Shown here in pieces: positions 11,857 to 21,827 of a stretch of 64,000 nt of DNA. The notes under the pieces are model-generated. The model had not been told where the DNA came from. It saw only the letters and a list, made by a program, of their open reading frames with translations, and did not search any database. The position numbers and the translations under genes are program-made. Source of the DNA: Vampirovibrio sp. (GTDB lineage: Bacteria > Cyanobacteriota > Vampirovibrionia > Vampirovibrionales > Vampirovibrionaceae); contig NZ_JBGSRV010000003.1 in the NCBI RefSeq assembly GCF_041737375.1, forward strand, positions 76,522-140,521, read 5' to 3'. The stretch's first letter is position 1, and each line of letters opens with the position of its first letter.

Positions 11857-12660
11857 ATGTTCACCGGATTGATTGAAGAAGTGGGCGCCATTGCCCAAGT
11901 GGAAAGTAGTGCATCAGGAAGCCGTATTCGGGTTAACGCCGCCAAGGTGCTGGAAAACGTGCAACGGGGCGATAGCATTGCCGTGGATGGGGCCTGCATG
12001 ACGGTGGTGGACTTTGATTCCCAATCCTTTGCCTTTGAAGCCTCCCCCGAGAGCTTATCCAAAACCAATTTTTCCAGTTTTCACCCCGGAAAACGGGTCA
12101 ATCTGGAGCGACCTCTCACCCCCACCAGCCGCATTGGCGGCCATTATGTAACCGGGCATGTGGATGGGCTGGGTAAAATCATTGCCAAAGAGGTCCACGG
12201 CAACAGCGTGGTGTTTACCTTCCAGGTTCCCACCGCCGAAATGGCCGCCTTGCTGGTACCAAAAGGTTCTGTCACCATTCTGGGCATTAGCCTGACCGTG
12301 AATACAGTGCGTGAAAACCAATTTACAGTGGCCATTATTCCCCACACTTTGGCTCATACCAGTTTGGGCGATTACCAGCCGGGCGATGCGGTGAATGTGG
12401 AAACCGATTTACTGGGCAAATACGTCCAGCGGCTGATGAGCGGTCAGGCGGCCACTGAAAACCCTTACTGCGCCCCCGCCGCCCCCACTTATTTTCCCGA
12501 TTTGACCTCTGAATACCCCACCCACAGCGAAGTGGAACCGGGGCTGTCCATTGACGCCCCCTCTCTGGCTCCGGCCATGAACGCCATTGGACTAACCCGA
12601 AAGCAGCCTGCTACGGCTAAAATCCACACCGGCAGCTGGTTTAACCACGACCCGGAATAA
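11857..12660 (+). CDS. ribE: Riboflavin synthase alpha chain, with a C-terminal extension
   Basis: MFTGLIEEVG N-terminus and duplicated lumazine-binding halves. It is about 60 aa longer than typical RibE. Confidence 0.85.
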   Translation: MFTGLIEEVGAIAQVESSASGSRIRVNAAKVLENVQRGDSIAVDGACMTVVDFDSQSFAFEASPESLSKTNFSSFHPGKRVNLERPLTPTSRIGGHYVTGHVDGLGKIIAKEVHGNSVVFTFQVPTAEMAALLVPKGSVTILGISLTVNTVRENQFTVAIIPHTLAHTSLGDYQPGDAVNVETDLLGKYVQRLMSGQAATENPYCAPAAPTYFPDLTSEYPTHSEVEPGLSIDAPSLAPAMNAIGLTRKQPATAKIHTGSWFNHDPE

Positions 12661-12696
12661 AGTTTCCTACCCGATTCCATGGTAAAGGAGTGCCGC

Positions 12697-13992
12697 ATGA
12701 CCCCCAATTCCAAAACCAATCAGCCGGATGAAGAGGCCGCCAGCCTTTTTAGCACCGTAGAAGAGGCCATTGAGGCCATTCGCAACGGTGAAGTGGTGAT
12801 TGTGGCCGATGACGAGGATCGGGAAAACGAGGGTGATTTTATTTGCGCCGCCGAAAAAATCACCCCGGAAATCATTAACCTGATGGCCGCTGAAGGCCGG
12901 GGGCTGATTTGCCTGACCCTAACCCCCGATACTTGCGATCGACTGGCCCTCAGCCAGATGATCTCGCCTTCTCAAGACCCGTTGGGTACCGCTTTTACGG
13001 TCAGTATTGATGCCTCCACCAAATACGGGGTAACCACCGGCATTTCGGCCAAGGATCGGGCCGTGACCATTCAGGTGGCGGTGGCCCCGGATGCCACCCC
13101 TTCCGATTTACGACGCCCCGGCCATGTGTTCCCCTTGCGGGCCAGACCTGGCGGGGTACTGGAGCGGGTAGGACAAACCGAGGCTAGCGTGGATCTGTCC
13201 CGACTGGCCGGGTTGCATCCTTCTGGCGTGATTTGCGAAATCTTAAACCCGGATGGCACCATGGCCCGTCGCAATGAGCTGTTTGAAATCGCCACCCGCC
13301 TGAAGATGAAATTTATTACCGTGGCCCAAATCATCAATTACCGGCTGCAAAAAGAAAGCATGATCACCCGTGAGGCAGTGGCCGAAATGCCCACCCTGTA
13401 CGGGGATTTCAAAGTATACGCCTACCGCAACCAGATTGACGGCTCCGAGCATTTGGCGCTGGTGAAGGGCGATATTGACCAAACCCGGCAAGCGGAAGCT
13501 GACAGCCTGATCCCCCTGGTACGGGTCCACAGTGAATGCCTGACCGGCGATGTGCTGGGCAGTTTGCGCTGCGATTGCGGGGATCAGCTGCATGCGGCCA
13601 TGCAGGCCATTGAAGCCCACGGCAAAGGCGCGCTGGTTTACATGCGAAGCCATGAGGGCCGGGGCATTGGCCTGCTGAACAAAATTAAAGCTTATGCTTT
13701 ACAGGAAACCGGGCTGGATACGGTGGAAGCCAATTTGGAAATGGGCTTTTCCGCCGACCTGCGGAATTACGGCATTGGGGCGCAAATTCTGCTGGATTTG
13801 GGCATTCAATCGTTTAACCTGCTGACCAACAATCCCCGCAAAATCCGGGGATTGGATGGATACGGGCTGGAAGTGCTGGACCGGGTTCCCATTCCTGCCA
13901 TTCCACAGGCCCACAACACCCATTATTTACGCACCAAGCAAGAGAAGCTGGGCCACTTGCTCAGCTTTGAAGGCCCCCGTCAGGAATTATAA
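12697..13992 (+). CDS. ribBA: Bifunctional 3,4-dihydroxy-2-butanone-4-phosphate synthase / GTP cyclohydrolase II
   Basis: [10 protein letters not shown] (DHBP synthase) and the CxxC...C GTP-cyclohydrolase II Zn motif ([15 protein letters not shown]). AAGGAG lies 7 nt before ATG 12697. Confidence 0.9.
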   Translation: MTPNSKTNQPDEEAASLFSTVEEAIEAIRNGEVVIVADDEDRENEGDFICAAEKITPEIINLMAAEGRGLICLTLTPDTCDRLALSQMISPSQDPLGTAFTVSIDASTKYGVTTGISAKDRAVTIQVAVAPDATPSDLRRPGHVFPLRARPGGVLERVGQTEASVDLSRLAGLHPSGVICEILNPDGTMARRNELFEIATRLKMKFITVAQIINYRLQKESMITREAVAEMPTLYGDFKVYAYRNQIDGSEHLALVKGDIDQTRQAEADSLIPLVRVHSECLTGDVLGSLRCDCGDQLHAAMQAIEAHGKGALVYMRSHEGRGIGLLNKIKAYALQETGLDTVEANLEMGFSADLRNYGIGAQILLDLGIQSFNLLTNNPRKIRGLDGYGLEVLDRVPIPAIPQAHNTHYLRTKQEKLGHLLSFEGPRQEL

Positions 13993-14028
13993 GCCCGTCA
14001 AAAGAATCGTAAAAAGGACTCTTACCCC

Positions 14029-14505
14029 ATGCCCCAAGTATTTGAAGGAAAACTGATTGGCACCGGCCTGAAGGTGGGCGTGGTGGTTTCCCGCTTTAAC
14101 GACGTGATTACTGAAAAACTGCTGAAAGGGGCCATCGGGGCGTTATCGGCTCATGATGTGGCCTCGGCCGATGTCACCGTGGCCTGGGTACCGGGCGCTT
14201 TTGAACTACCGCTGGTGGCCAGTCAAATGGCTTTATCGGGAAAGTTTGACGCGGTTATCACCCTGGGCTGTGTGATTCGGGGCGCTACCACCCATTATGA
14301 TTATGTGTGCAACGAAGCGGCCAAAGGCATTGCGGCGGCTGGGCTCAAAAGTGGTATTCCGGTGATTTTCGGGGTGCTCACCACTGAAACCATTGAGCAA
14401 GCCATTGAGCGTTCCGGCTGCAAGGCAGGCAACAAGGGCATTGATGCCGCTTTGGCCGCCATTGAGACCGCCAATCTATTGAAACGACTCAAGACAGAGA
14501 TTTAA
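14029..14505 (+). CDS. ribH: 6,7-dimethyl-8-ribityllumazine synthase
   Basis: 158-aa protein with VVSRFN and GAFELP lumazine-synthase motifs. Confidence 0.9.
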   Translation: MPQVFEGKLIGTGLKVGVVVSRFNDVITEKLLKGAIGALSAHDVASADVTVAWVPGAFELPLVASQMALSGKFDAVITLGCVIRGATTHYDYVCNEAAKGIAAAGLKSGIPVIFGVLTTETIEQAIERSGCKAGNKGIDAALAAIETANLLKRLKTEI

Positions 14506-14680
14506 CTGCGTCTTGGGCAAATAGCGCTTGTTCCCAATCCAGTCCTTCTTTAAAATCCAGCAAACGCAGGTTACTGGATTTTAAAGAAGTGTTTAGGATG
14601 AAAAAGCCAGGATGAAAGCAAAGTGCCTATGAGCAGGCTTTTGCGGCACTGGATGTGAGCAAGCCGGTAAACCCAACCGT

Positions 14681-15121
14681 ATGAAAAAAAATAATGAGCC
14701 TCATGAGGTGGCCCGATATTTTTATCAAACTCTGGCCCAAAGTCAGGTGCAAGTTTGCTGGGGGCTTTTTTCGGAGCTGTCCCAAAAAGAGTTTATCAGC
14801 TGGACTCTGAAGGACATTTATGAGCAAAACCCCAAGGCCGCTCAAGCCGCCAAGCTAGGCCCCGCTGAGATCAAGCTGATGTTTGAAACCAACAATCTGG
14901 ATTTGGTAATGCGTTTTTGGCGGAAATTTGTGCGGCAAAGTCAGGCCGCTCAGTTTGCCCGCTTTGGCTATTACAAAACCCTGGAAGTTACCGGCAAAAT
15001 AGCCACCATAGAAGCACAACTGGTTTTCGACAACGGTCAGGAGCAGCGGGTGAACCTCACCATGGTACAAGAACGAGGCGGATGGCGCCTGGGCTACCTG
15101 GAATCCAAAATGCCCTTTTAG
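14681..15121 (+). CDS. Hypothetical protein
   Basis: 146-aa ORF with an ATG start. No recognisable domain and a weak RBS. Confidence 0.35.
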   Translation: MKKNNEPHEVARYFYQTLAQSQVQVCWGLFSELSQKEFISWTLKDIYEQNPKAAQAAKLGPAEIKLMFETNNLDLVMRFWRKFVRQSQAAQFARFGYYKTLEVTGKIATIEAQLVFDNGQEQRVNLTMVQERGGWRLGYLESKMPF

Positions 15122-15291
15122 GCTTTGGGGTTAAAGCAGGCTACGGCTTCTGCGAGGATGAGGGTGGGCTTCTAGTTTTTCTGGTGGGTTTTAGCCACTT
15201 TTTCCTGAGGCCTTCTCAACTCCAACAAAAAAGCCTTCCGGTTCAAAACTCGGAAAGCCTTCTGGTGTTTGGGTTTTCCACTTGTAAAAAG

Positions 15292-15368
15292 TGGCGGGGT
15301 GGACGGGACTCGAACCCGCGACATCTTGCGTGACAGGCAAGTACTCTAACCAACTGAGCTACCACCCC
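15292..15368 (-). tRNA. tRNA-Asp (anticodon GTC)
   Basis: Minus-strand sequence GGGGTGGTAGCTCAGTTGGTTAGAGTACTTGCCTGTCACGCAAGATGTCGCGGGTTCGAGTCCCGTCCACCCCGCCA. It has a 7-bp acceptor stem, the GTC anticodon in a CTGTCAC loop, a TTCGAGT T-loop and an encoded CCA. Confidence 0.9.
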
Positions 15369-15824
15369 GTGAGGTACGGTGTTCCTTTGGGGGACAGGAA
15401 TTTTATAACATAGCCGATTGGGGGACACAAGCGAAAATATTGAGAAAGGAATGCAAATAAAAGTTAAAATTTTGAAACCCCCTCTAGCAAAGCGTTATCG
15501 AAAACATTGAAAAAACAAGGCAAAAAAAGGCCGCATGAAGCGGCAAACTAAAAGAGGGGGGATGTAAGCGTTTATTATAAATTTATTTTGGGCCCAAAAA
15601 AGTGCAATGCATTTTACAGAGAAAGCTCTGGTGGGAGAGAATGGCCTACACAATGGGTCTAACGGATAAAATTGTTTTTTAAATTTAACGTTTTTATAAT
15701 ATTTGAACTTTGGAACCCAAAATGAACAGAGCCGCAACACCCTTGCCCCGACCGGCTTAGGCACCCAACCTCCGCATTGTGTGCCTGCGGTTGCCCTTGA
15801 TTTGAAAGAATGGAGGGAGCCTCA

Positions 15825-17321
15825 CTAATAACCGGTATAAGCGTTTCCGGGGCGATAGGGGCGGGCTTTTTTAAGCGGCTTGCGAGGCAACCGGCATTTT
15901 TGCATCACCGCATAGCGCAGGCAATCCATCACATCCTCGTACGGATGCTCCTGTAAGGGGGATTCCGAGCCGGATGGCCCGTAGCGGTATCCGCCCTCAA
16001 AGGCCTCAATCAGCTTTTCACATCCAAAATCCACCTGCAAAGCCGGACGGGGGCCAATCCATTCCGACAGCTTAACCCGCAGTAATTCCAACCCATCCTT
16101 GATGGATGACCTGTCAAAGAACGGAAACACCCCCATGCTATTCAGGATATCGATACTGGTTTGCAAGCTCTTGTCGGAGCGCTGAGCCCCCGCCGGATCG
16201 CAAATATCTTCCACCGGGACACTTCCGTAATTCACCTCGGTCAAATGGGTGACCCGTCGGGCGAAATCGGTGAGCAGTTCCTGCTTGCCTACCACTTCTC
16301 GCAGCACCAACAGCCGATCTTCGCTGTCAAAGGCCAAAAACAGGCACGAGGGGCAATGAAACCCAAAATCCCAGCTTCGAATCAGTTTGTGGGGCTTAAA
16401 CGCGGTAAAATCCCCTTTGTTGGCCTCGTTAAAATTACGAAACACCCGATCCTTCAAAGACAAGTGGTAGTTAATATCCAGCTCTCGGGCCACTTCATCT
16501 TCGCTCAGCCGTTTTTGCTGGTTGGCGTACCAGCCTTCATTGCGCAAGGGATGTTCCCGCCAGTGGATGCGTAACACCCGCACCTGCCCGGAAAATCGCA
16601 AATCGGCAAACCGGTTGTTCTTGCCATACGGGGTGCCTACCACAATGCGGCTGGGGGTAGACTGTCCGGCAGAGGCGTAAGCGGCGTCCTGCATGGGCCA
16701 AAAAGGGAACTCATCAAACAGAATGGCCTTGTAGCGCCCCCCTCGCCCAAAGTTCTCGTTGCTGCTTTCCCCGGTAATGGTGTTGCCGTTGGCCGGATTG
16801 AGCAAGCGCAGCAGGTTATCATGCACGTTGTCCTGAAACCCGGCTGGACGCATCCAGTGCGGTAACCAGGCCAGGTTGTAACGCAGTTTTTCCATCAGGG
16901 TAGACAGATCGCCCTTGCGATCCACCGCCTCCTGCTTGCGGGAACCCAAATGAAAATTGGCCCCGTCCCGAAACAGCCAGAAGTATTGAAAGGCCAAAAG
17001 CACCAGCCAGCTCAGGCCCATATCCCGGCTTTTTTCAATCAGCAGGTCTTCCCCCTTCTCAATGGCGGACACCAAATCCAGCAAGGCCGCTTCCTGAAAC
17101 GGGTAGGGCACAAAGGGCTGATGCGGCTGATCCAGCCGGGGGTCAAAAGTCCAGCAGAAATGCCGAAACCAGAAGCGGATATCCCGTTTGCACCAATGCA
17201 TCAACAAAGCCTGTAACTCGGGGTTCTCCTGCGCCGCCTGATACAAGCTCAGGCGGCGGGTTAACCAAGGGCGAGACGGCAAATCAGCGGCAGTATTTAT
17301 AGGGCTATTTGTATCACTCAT
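15825..17321 (-). CDS. Phage terminase large subunit-like protein (ATPase + RNase H-like nuclease)
   Basis: Deviant Walker A region (EKSRDMGLSW), Walker B (ILFDEFPFW), and acidic nuclease-domain motifs (WDFGFH, DICDPAG, EDVMDC). Length and domain order match Terminase_6-type TerL. Confidence 0.7.
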   Translation of the reverse strand: MSDTNSPINTAADLPSRPWLTRRLSLYQAAQENPELQALLMHWCKRDIRFWFRHFCWTFDPRLDQPHQPFVPYPFQEAALLDLVSAIEKGEDLLIEKSRDMGLSWLVLLAFQYFWLFRDGANFHLGSRKQEAVDRKGDLSTLMEKLRYNLAWLPHWMRPAGFQDNVHDNLLRLLNPANGNTITGESSNENFGRGGRYKAILFDEFPFWPMQDAAYASAGQSTPSRIVVGTPYGKNNRFADLRFSGQVRVLRIHWREHPLRNEGWYANQQKRLSEDEVARELDINYHLSLKDRVFRNFNEANKGDFTAFKPHKLIRSWDFGFHCPSCLFLAFDSEDRLLVLREVVGKQELLTDFARRVTHLTEVNYGSVPVEDICDPAGAQRSDKSLQTSIDILNSMGVFPFFDRSSIKDGLELLRVKLSEWIGPRPALQVDFGCEKLIEAFEGGYRYGPSGSESPLQEHPYEDVMDCLRYAVMQKCRLPRKPLKKARPYRPGNAYTGY

Positions 17322-17330
17322 GCCGGGCCT

Positions 17331-18077
17331 TTATATCCCCCCCATTAAGGCCAGGGCGATTTGAGAGCTGGTTCGCAAGGTACTTTCACGGTTCTGTCGG
17401 TTTTGTTCGGCCTGAAGGGCGGCGTTTTGATTGCTGACCTGCATGGCCAGATTGGCCCGTTGCACCGCCAAATCCGTGGCCCGCTGGGTTTCGTTCTGCA
17501 AAATACTGCTGCCATTGCTTTGCAAGCCTCGGGCCTGATTGTTCAAATCGGCCAGATAATTTTGAAACAGGGAAAACCGCCGCACCCGGCTGTCTTCATC
17601 GGCCCGATAAAGCTCTTCTCCCAGCAAGCCGGACTGCTTGTAGGCTTCCGATAACTGCCCCAGGCGGTTGTTTTCCAATTGCCCCAAAAAATGGGTGCCA
17701 AAGGTGGCGTTATAGGCGCCCCCAAACCGCTTGGCCAAGTTGGTGCGGGCTTTGGAGAGCTGATCGTTGGCGCTGCTATTAATACCGGCGGCTTGCAAAT
17801 CAAAAAAATCCTGACTGCGCTGATTGATGGCCTGCTGACGAACCGGGTCCGGCTGGTTCAGTTCTTTGGCCAAATTCTGAAGCCCCTTCAGGCTTTCTTC
17901 CACCGTTAAGCGGGTGGTGGGGGTCAAAAAGCTCTCAAAGCGTTGATCACTGCCTTTGGTGGTGGTCACATACCGATCGCCGGTCGGACTGTTAAATTCC
18001 ACCTTGGTAATGGCGGGTGGGGCCACGATTTTAACCACTTCCCGTTTGGGGGCTTTCTGCTTGCGTCCTAAAGACAT
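17331..18077 (-). CDS. Hypothetical Q/N-rich coiled-coil protein (candidate terminase small subunit / phage protein)
   Basis: AAGGAG RBS. Its stop lies 9 nt from the TerL start, indicating tight coupling. I do not recognise a domain. Confidence 0.5.
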   Translation of the reverse strand: MSLGRKQKAPKREVVKIVAPPAITKVEFNSPTGDRYVTTTKGSDQRFESFLTPTTRLTVEESLKGLQNLAKELNQPDPVRQQAINQRSQDFFDLQAAGINSSANDQLSKARTNLAKRFGGAYNATFGTHFLGQLENNRLGQLSEAYKQSGLLGEELYRADEDSRVRRFSLFQNYLADLNNQARGLQSNGSSILQNETQRATDLAVQRANLAMQVSNQNAALQAEQNRQNRESTLRTSSQIALALMGGI

Positions 18078-18142
18078 TGGGATGCTCCTTAAAAACTTGA
18101 CTGAACAGAGGGTTGATAGAATTGGACAGAAGATTAATAAAA

Positions 18143-18769
18143 TTAGAGAGAAGATTGATGGAAAGCCTGCGGCCCGTCTGGCAAGGGCTGACGCTTTTGC
18201 ACCCCTCGCAGCAAACGGGGCAATAACCAGCCTTGGTAACGATTGGCGGATACACTGTAAATAGCCACGTCCCGCAAACAGCCACCCAGCTTGATATCGG
18301 CTTTAAACAGGGCTTCCCGCTGAAAACCCCACCGCAGGCAAAAGCCCTTGGCCCCGGCGTTATCCAGTTCAAACTCAGCTTTCAGCTTTAGCAAGGCCAA
18401 GGGGCCAAAGGCGGCCTGAAAAATAGGAAGCAACAGGCGTTCCACCGCCGATCGGGCCTCTTTGTTTTCACGAAAATGGGAATGGGTGGCCCCGTGCAAA
18501 AACGCATGACGACCGGGCTGAATATCAGAGAGGGCAATAATGGCCCAAACCTGATCCGTCTCATCGGCCAGCACCCAAAGCCAGGGCAGGCAAGCGGCGG
18601 TATTTTCCGATAAAAAGTGGATATCTTGCTGTAAGTTTCCACTTTGGCGATAATCATCCAGCAAAATGGGGTGATGCGTCTGGAGCAACGCCTCAATACC
18701 GGGCTGATAGACGGCCCATTCTTGCAGGCTGGAAACGTGGCAAACCCGAAGCATGCTTAAGGTTCCCAA
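18143..18769 (-). CDS. GNAT-family N-acetyltransferase-like protein
   Basis: RimJ/RimL-like fold features with a C-terminal 'GFxLRWGFQRE...AIYS' motif. The start is uncertain. Confidence 0.5.
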   Translation of the reverse strand: MGTLSMLRVCHVSSLQEWAVYQPGIEALLQTHHPILLDDYRQSGNLQQDIHFLSENTAACLPWLWVLADETDQVWAIIALSDIQPGRHAFLHGATHSHFRENKEARSAVERLLLPIFQAAFGPLALLKLKAEFELDNAGAKGFCLRWGFQREALFKADIKLGGCLRDVAIYSVSANRYQGWLLPRLLRGVQKRQPLPDGPQAFHQSSL

Positions 18770-19068
18770 TCCTTGATGTAAGTACGCACCCGGTTCAGCA
18801 GCTCTTGCTCGCTGAGCTGCTCCAGCTCGGCAGGCTCCAGAGGTGTTTCTGCCTTTTTGCCTTTTTTCACCACAGCGGTATTGGCATCTTCAGCGGGGGT
18901 GCGTTTCAGTATTAAATCCACCGCCCAGATTTTATCTTTCATGCTTTCAGAATCCAGGGCCTCGTCAATAACCCCCAGCACCCGGTGATAGCGGTCCGAG
19001 AGGGCGTCCAGCAAATTCTTCAGTTTGGGCAGCAGTCCGCCGGTGGATGGTATTTTTTTGGGTTTCAT
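18757..19068 (-). CDS. Hypothetical small protein
   Basis: 103-aa ORF with an AGGA RBS. It overlaps the following ORF in another frame. Weak. Confidence 0.3.
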   Translation of the reverse strand: MKPKKIPSTGGLLPKLKNLLDALSDRYHRVLGVIDEALDSESMKDKIWAVDLILKRTPAEDANTAVVKKGKKAETPLEPAELEQLSEQELLNRVRTYIKDWEP

Positions 19069-19393
19069 ATACAGTATCCTGTCGTTGGGCTTGGGCAATT
19101 CGGTGCAGGTAATCGAGGGGCGGATCGGTGGCCCGGCTGATGCGTGCGGTGTATTCACCCACCATCATTCTGGCGGAACCTACGCCAACCGCTTGCTGTG
19201 GCTTACGACCGCCTTGCCAGTCGGCCAAAGTGGCGGGTTGCAGGGGGCCTTGCAAACTGGTTTTCTGCAACAGGCATTTAAATTTGCATCGTTTGCAGCG
19301 TTTTTTATACAGCAAGGCATTTCCGGCAGCGTGTATCCGCACTTCTATCGTTTTTAAAAACAGGCTTTTGCAGTGGTCGCATTGATATGGCAT
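18965..19393 (-). CDS. Hypothetical C4 zinc-finger protein
   Basis: N-terminal YQCDHCK...CKRCKFKC motif. The rest is low complexity, so only the N-terminal part may be real. Confidence 0.3.
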   Translation of the reverse strand: MPYQCDHCKSLFLKTIEVRIHAAGNALLYKKRCKRCKFKCLLQKTSLQGPLQPATLADWQGGRKPQQAVGVGSARMMVGEYTARISRATDPPLDYLHRIAQAQRQDTVYETQKNTIHRRTAAQTEEFAGRPLGPLSPGAGGY

Positions 19394-19486
19394 AACGCCC
19401 CTCACGTTCTAGACAGTCAGCAGCGCTGTCGCGTGAATTTAGTATGAAGGTGGGGTTTGGATTTTCCCAGCGAAGCAGATTTATGA

Positions 19487-19820
19487 TTTCAAGGGGGCCA
19501 GCCCCCTTGGAATCCCCCGCTGGGGACGGGTTGTGTCCCCAGACCCCTCAAATATGGGGGAAGGGTGAATCGAAGAACGTGCCTTTCAAGGGGGCTAGCC
19601 CCCTTGGGTGTCATTGGCTGGGGGTGGGTTTTGTTTTCAGGCCTCTCAAATACTGCGGGGATACCGTTTCCTAGAATGCGCTTTTCAAGGGGCTTGCCCC
19701 TTGAATGAATGCCCATAAGCCCCCTATCTAAAAAACACCTCTCTCCCTCCTACCTGAGGGGTCTGGGGACACAGTCCGTCCCCAGCGGGGGATCCCAAGG
19801 GGGCTGGCCCCCTTGAAAAT
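19487..19820. repeat. Composite palindrome-rich repeat element (MITE-like) with ~66-bp terminal inverted repeats
   Basis: The left arm 19487-19552 and the reverse complement of the right arm 19753-19819 are ~62/66 identical. Four copies of the 20-bp palindrome caagggggc(c/t)(a/t)gcccccttg sit at ~98-bp spacing. Confidence 0.7.
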
Positions 19821-20093
19821 CCACTATTTATAAAATAGCAACTACAAAACCAGCTCCAAAAACCCCAGCAAACCCTTTGGGGCGAACTTACACTAAAGCG
19901 TTTTTGTCAAACAAACACCAAGAAAAGATTACGAAATGTAAACTCACCCCAACCGCCTGCCCATCAACACCTTGGCAAAAGCTCTTATTTTTGTTTTTAT
20001 TTTTATTTCTCTCAATGAGGATTCTCAGCTAGAATAATTTCATCGATTGGAAGTGACCACCACTAACGTTTACAGAGGGATGGAACCAGCGCC

Positions 20094-20675
20094 ATGATTG
20101 ACGCAATGGATCGGCTTAAAGTGCCGAAATGTAAAGCTGCCCAAGCCAATAAGCCAGTGCAGTTTGGGCAAAAAACAACACCCATCCACAGCCAGCCCAC
20201 CCAACAGGGCGATGTTTTTGTGAAATCCGCAAAGCCAGCCGAGGCCAATAGCAAAGCTTCGGCCCCCGCTCAAAGCAAAAACCCGATGGGCGCGGCCCTG
20301 CAAAACTTTGTGAAACAGGCCAGCAAAGCGGACAATCCCTTGATGAACGCCTTGAAAAAACTGGCCCCGGCCAGCCCGCCCGCCCAACTGGAAGCCAGCC
20401 GCAAGCCTGCTGAAATACCGGCAGGGGCCAGCACCCAATCGCCTTTCCTGAAAGCTGGAGAACACACCCTGGCTTCGCCCGAAAAAGCGTTTGCCACCCA
20501 GCCGACCAGCGCCCAAATCAATACCCGTAATAAAGTTAATTTGTTTGCCGGAGCCGCTGTCACGTCCGCAGGGCTGGGCGCTTTAACCGGCATGGTAATG
20601 GGACCTGCCGCCATTGCCGCCAATCCGGCCTTGCTGAATAAAATGATTGCTCTGTTGCCCACGCAACTGCCCTAA
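20094..20675 (+). CDS. Hypothetical Ala/Pro/Lys-rich protein with a C-terminal hydrophobic segment
   Basis: 193-aa ORF with a GAGGGA RBS, a low-complexity N-terminus and a hydrophobic C-terminus (possibly tail-anchored). Confidence 0.45.
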   Translation: MIDAMDRLKVPKCKAAQANKPVQFGQKTTPIHSQPTQQGDVFVKSAKPAEANSKASAPAQSKNPMGAALQNFVKQASKADNPLMNALKKLAPASPPAQLEASRKPAEIPAGASTQSPFLKAGEHTLASPEKAFATQPTSAQINTRNKVNLFAGAAVTSAGLGALTGMVMGPAAIAANPALLNKMIALLPTQLP

Positions 20676-20878
20676 GTTTTCTCTCTCCTTCTAACAATAA
20701 CTAACTGCGACTGATAAGGTAATAATTGCCTGCCCTAACCCGGAAGCTTCGGTTTCCGGGTTTTACCCTGTTTATGGCCCCATAAAAAAGAAGCACCCTG
20801 CTGCAAAGGGCGCTTCAAATGGTTTGATTCAATTGATTTTATCGAACAGCAAAGCGTTCGCCCTACTGGCACCGCAAG

Positions 20879-21175
20879 CTAGGCTTGGGGAACGGTGCCA
20901 TCCAGCAAATAAAATTCGGCGCTGATGGGACGCTGACTGACCGGCTCCACATGCAGTTGGCGAACCTGAGCGGTGGCATCGACATAACCAGACAACTTGA
21001 GCTGGCGGTTGCCGTGGGAAATCAGTTGGGCGAACTCGTGCGATTTAACCTGAATGTGAACGGACTGAATGTTTTTTCCATACAGGGTTACCGGAATGTA
21101 TCCCGCTACCCGCAATTTGCGAGGGGTTAGGGTAGTATCCCGCTCGGTTACTTTTAATTCCTGCGACTTGGTCAT
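20879..21175 (-). CDS. rplY: 50S ribosomal protein L25 (short form)
   Basis: L25 N-domain signature 'RKLRVAGYIPVTLYGK'. GGAGG RBS before ATG 21175. The track ORF extends upstream in-frame. Confidence 0.8.
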   Translation of the reverse strand: MTKSQELKVTERDTTLTPRKLRVAGYIPVTLYGKNIQSVHIQVKSHEFAQLISHGNRQLKLSGYVDATAQVRQLHVEPVSQRPISAEFYLLDGTVPQA

Positions 21176-21479
21176 AGTCTCTCTCTCCCTCCGGGTCATC
21201 CCGGTTTGTGAATGGACGGTTGTGTAAAAACTCCGCCTCTCACCAAGATAGGCCACAAGGGCTTCAGGGTCAAGCCAAGCGAGCTTTGGCCAACCGGAAA
21301 CAGCGCTTGCTGAAAGGCAAAGCATCAAACCTGCCCCCTGTTTCGGGAATTTCCGGGTGCTTATGGCCGGGTTAAATTATCTCAACAATTGGAAAACACT
21401 TTGAAAACCGCACCCATTCAGGTCACAATAACCAGCGTTCCGTCTGTTCTCTTCTGTTCAGAAGTCGAGGGTTCAAGGT

Positions 21480-21821
21480 ATGTCCCACCCCATTTACATT
21501 CTCAGCACCGAGGAAGCTTACCAGCAAGCAACCGCCACCGGCCAATTCATCAGCGACAGTCTGGCCTCTGAGGGGTTTATCCACGCCTCGCCCGCCCACC
21601 AGCTGAACCGGGTGGCCAACCTGTACTACGCCCACTTGCCCGCCCTGTGGTTACTATCCATCGATCCTCAAAAAGTGCAGCCCGAAATTCGGTGGGAAGC
21701 CGCCAGCACCGGCGATTTATACCCACACCTGTACGGGCCGCTAAACATGGAAGCCGTTTCAAAAGTCACTCGCCTAACCCCCAATGCCCAAGGCCAGTAC
21801 CACATTCAGCCCGAAATTTAA
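21480..21821 (+). CDS. DUF952-family protein
   Basis: 113-aa protein with 'GFIHAS...LYGPL' characteristic of DUF952. Confidence 0.55.
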   Translation: MSHPIYILSTEEAYQQATATGQFISDSLASEGFIHASPAHQLNRVANLYYAHLPALWLLSIDPQKVQPEIRWEAASTGDLYPHLYGPLNMEAVSKVTRLTPNAQGQYHIQPEI

Positions 21822-21827
21822 GGCATT

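Noticed and set aside
19444-19716. Short ORFs on both strands (76 and 75 aa) called across the repeat array
   Set aside because: They run through palindromic repeats and inverted arms, and their amino-acid sequences mirror each other (GASPLG on both strands). This is an artefact of repeat symmetry.
19487-19820. Possible CRISPR array
   Set aside because: The repeats are palindromic and arranged as inverted arms with ~98-bp periodicity. They are not short direct repeats separated by unique spacers, and no cas genes are nearby.
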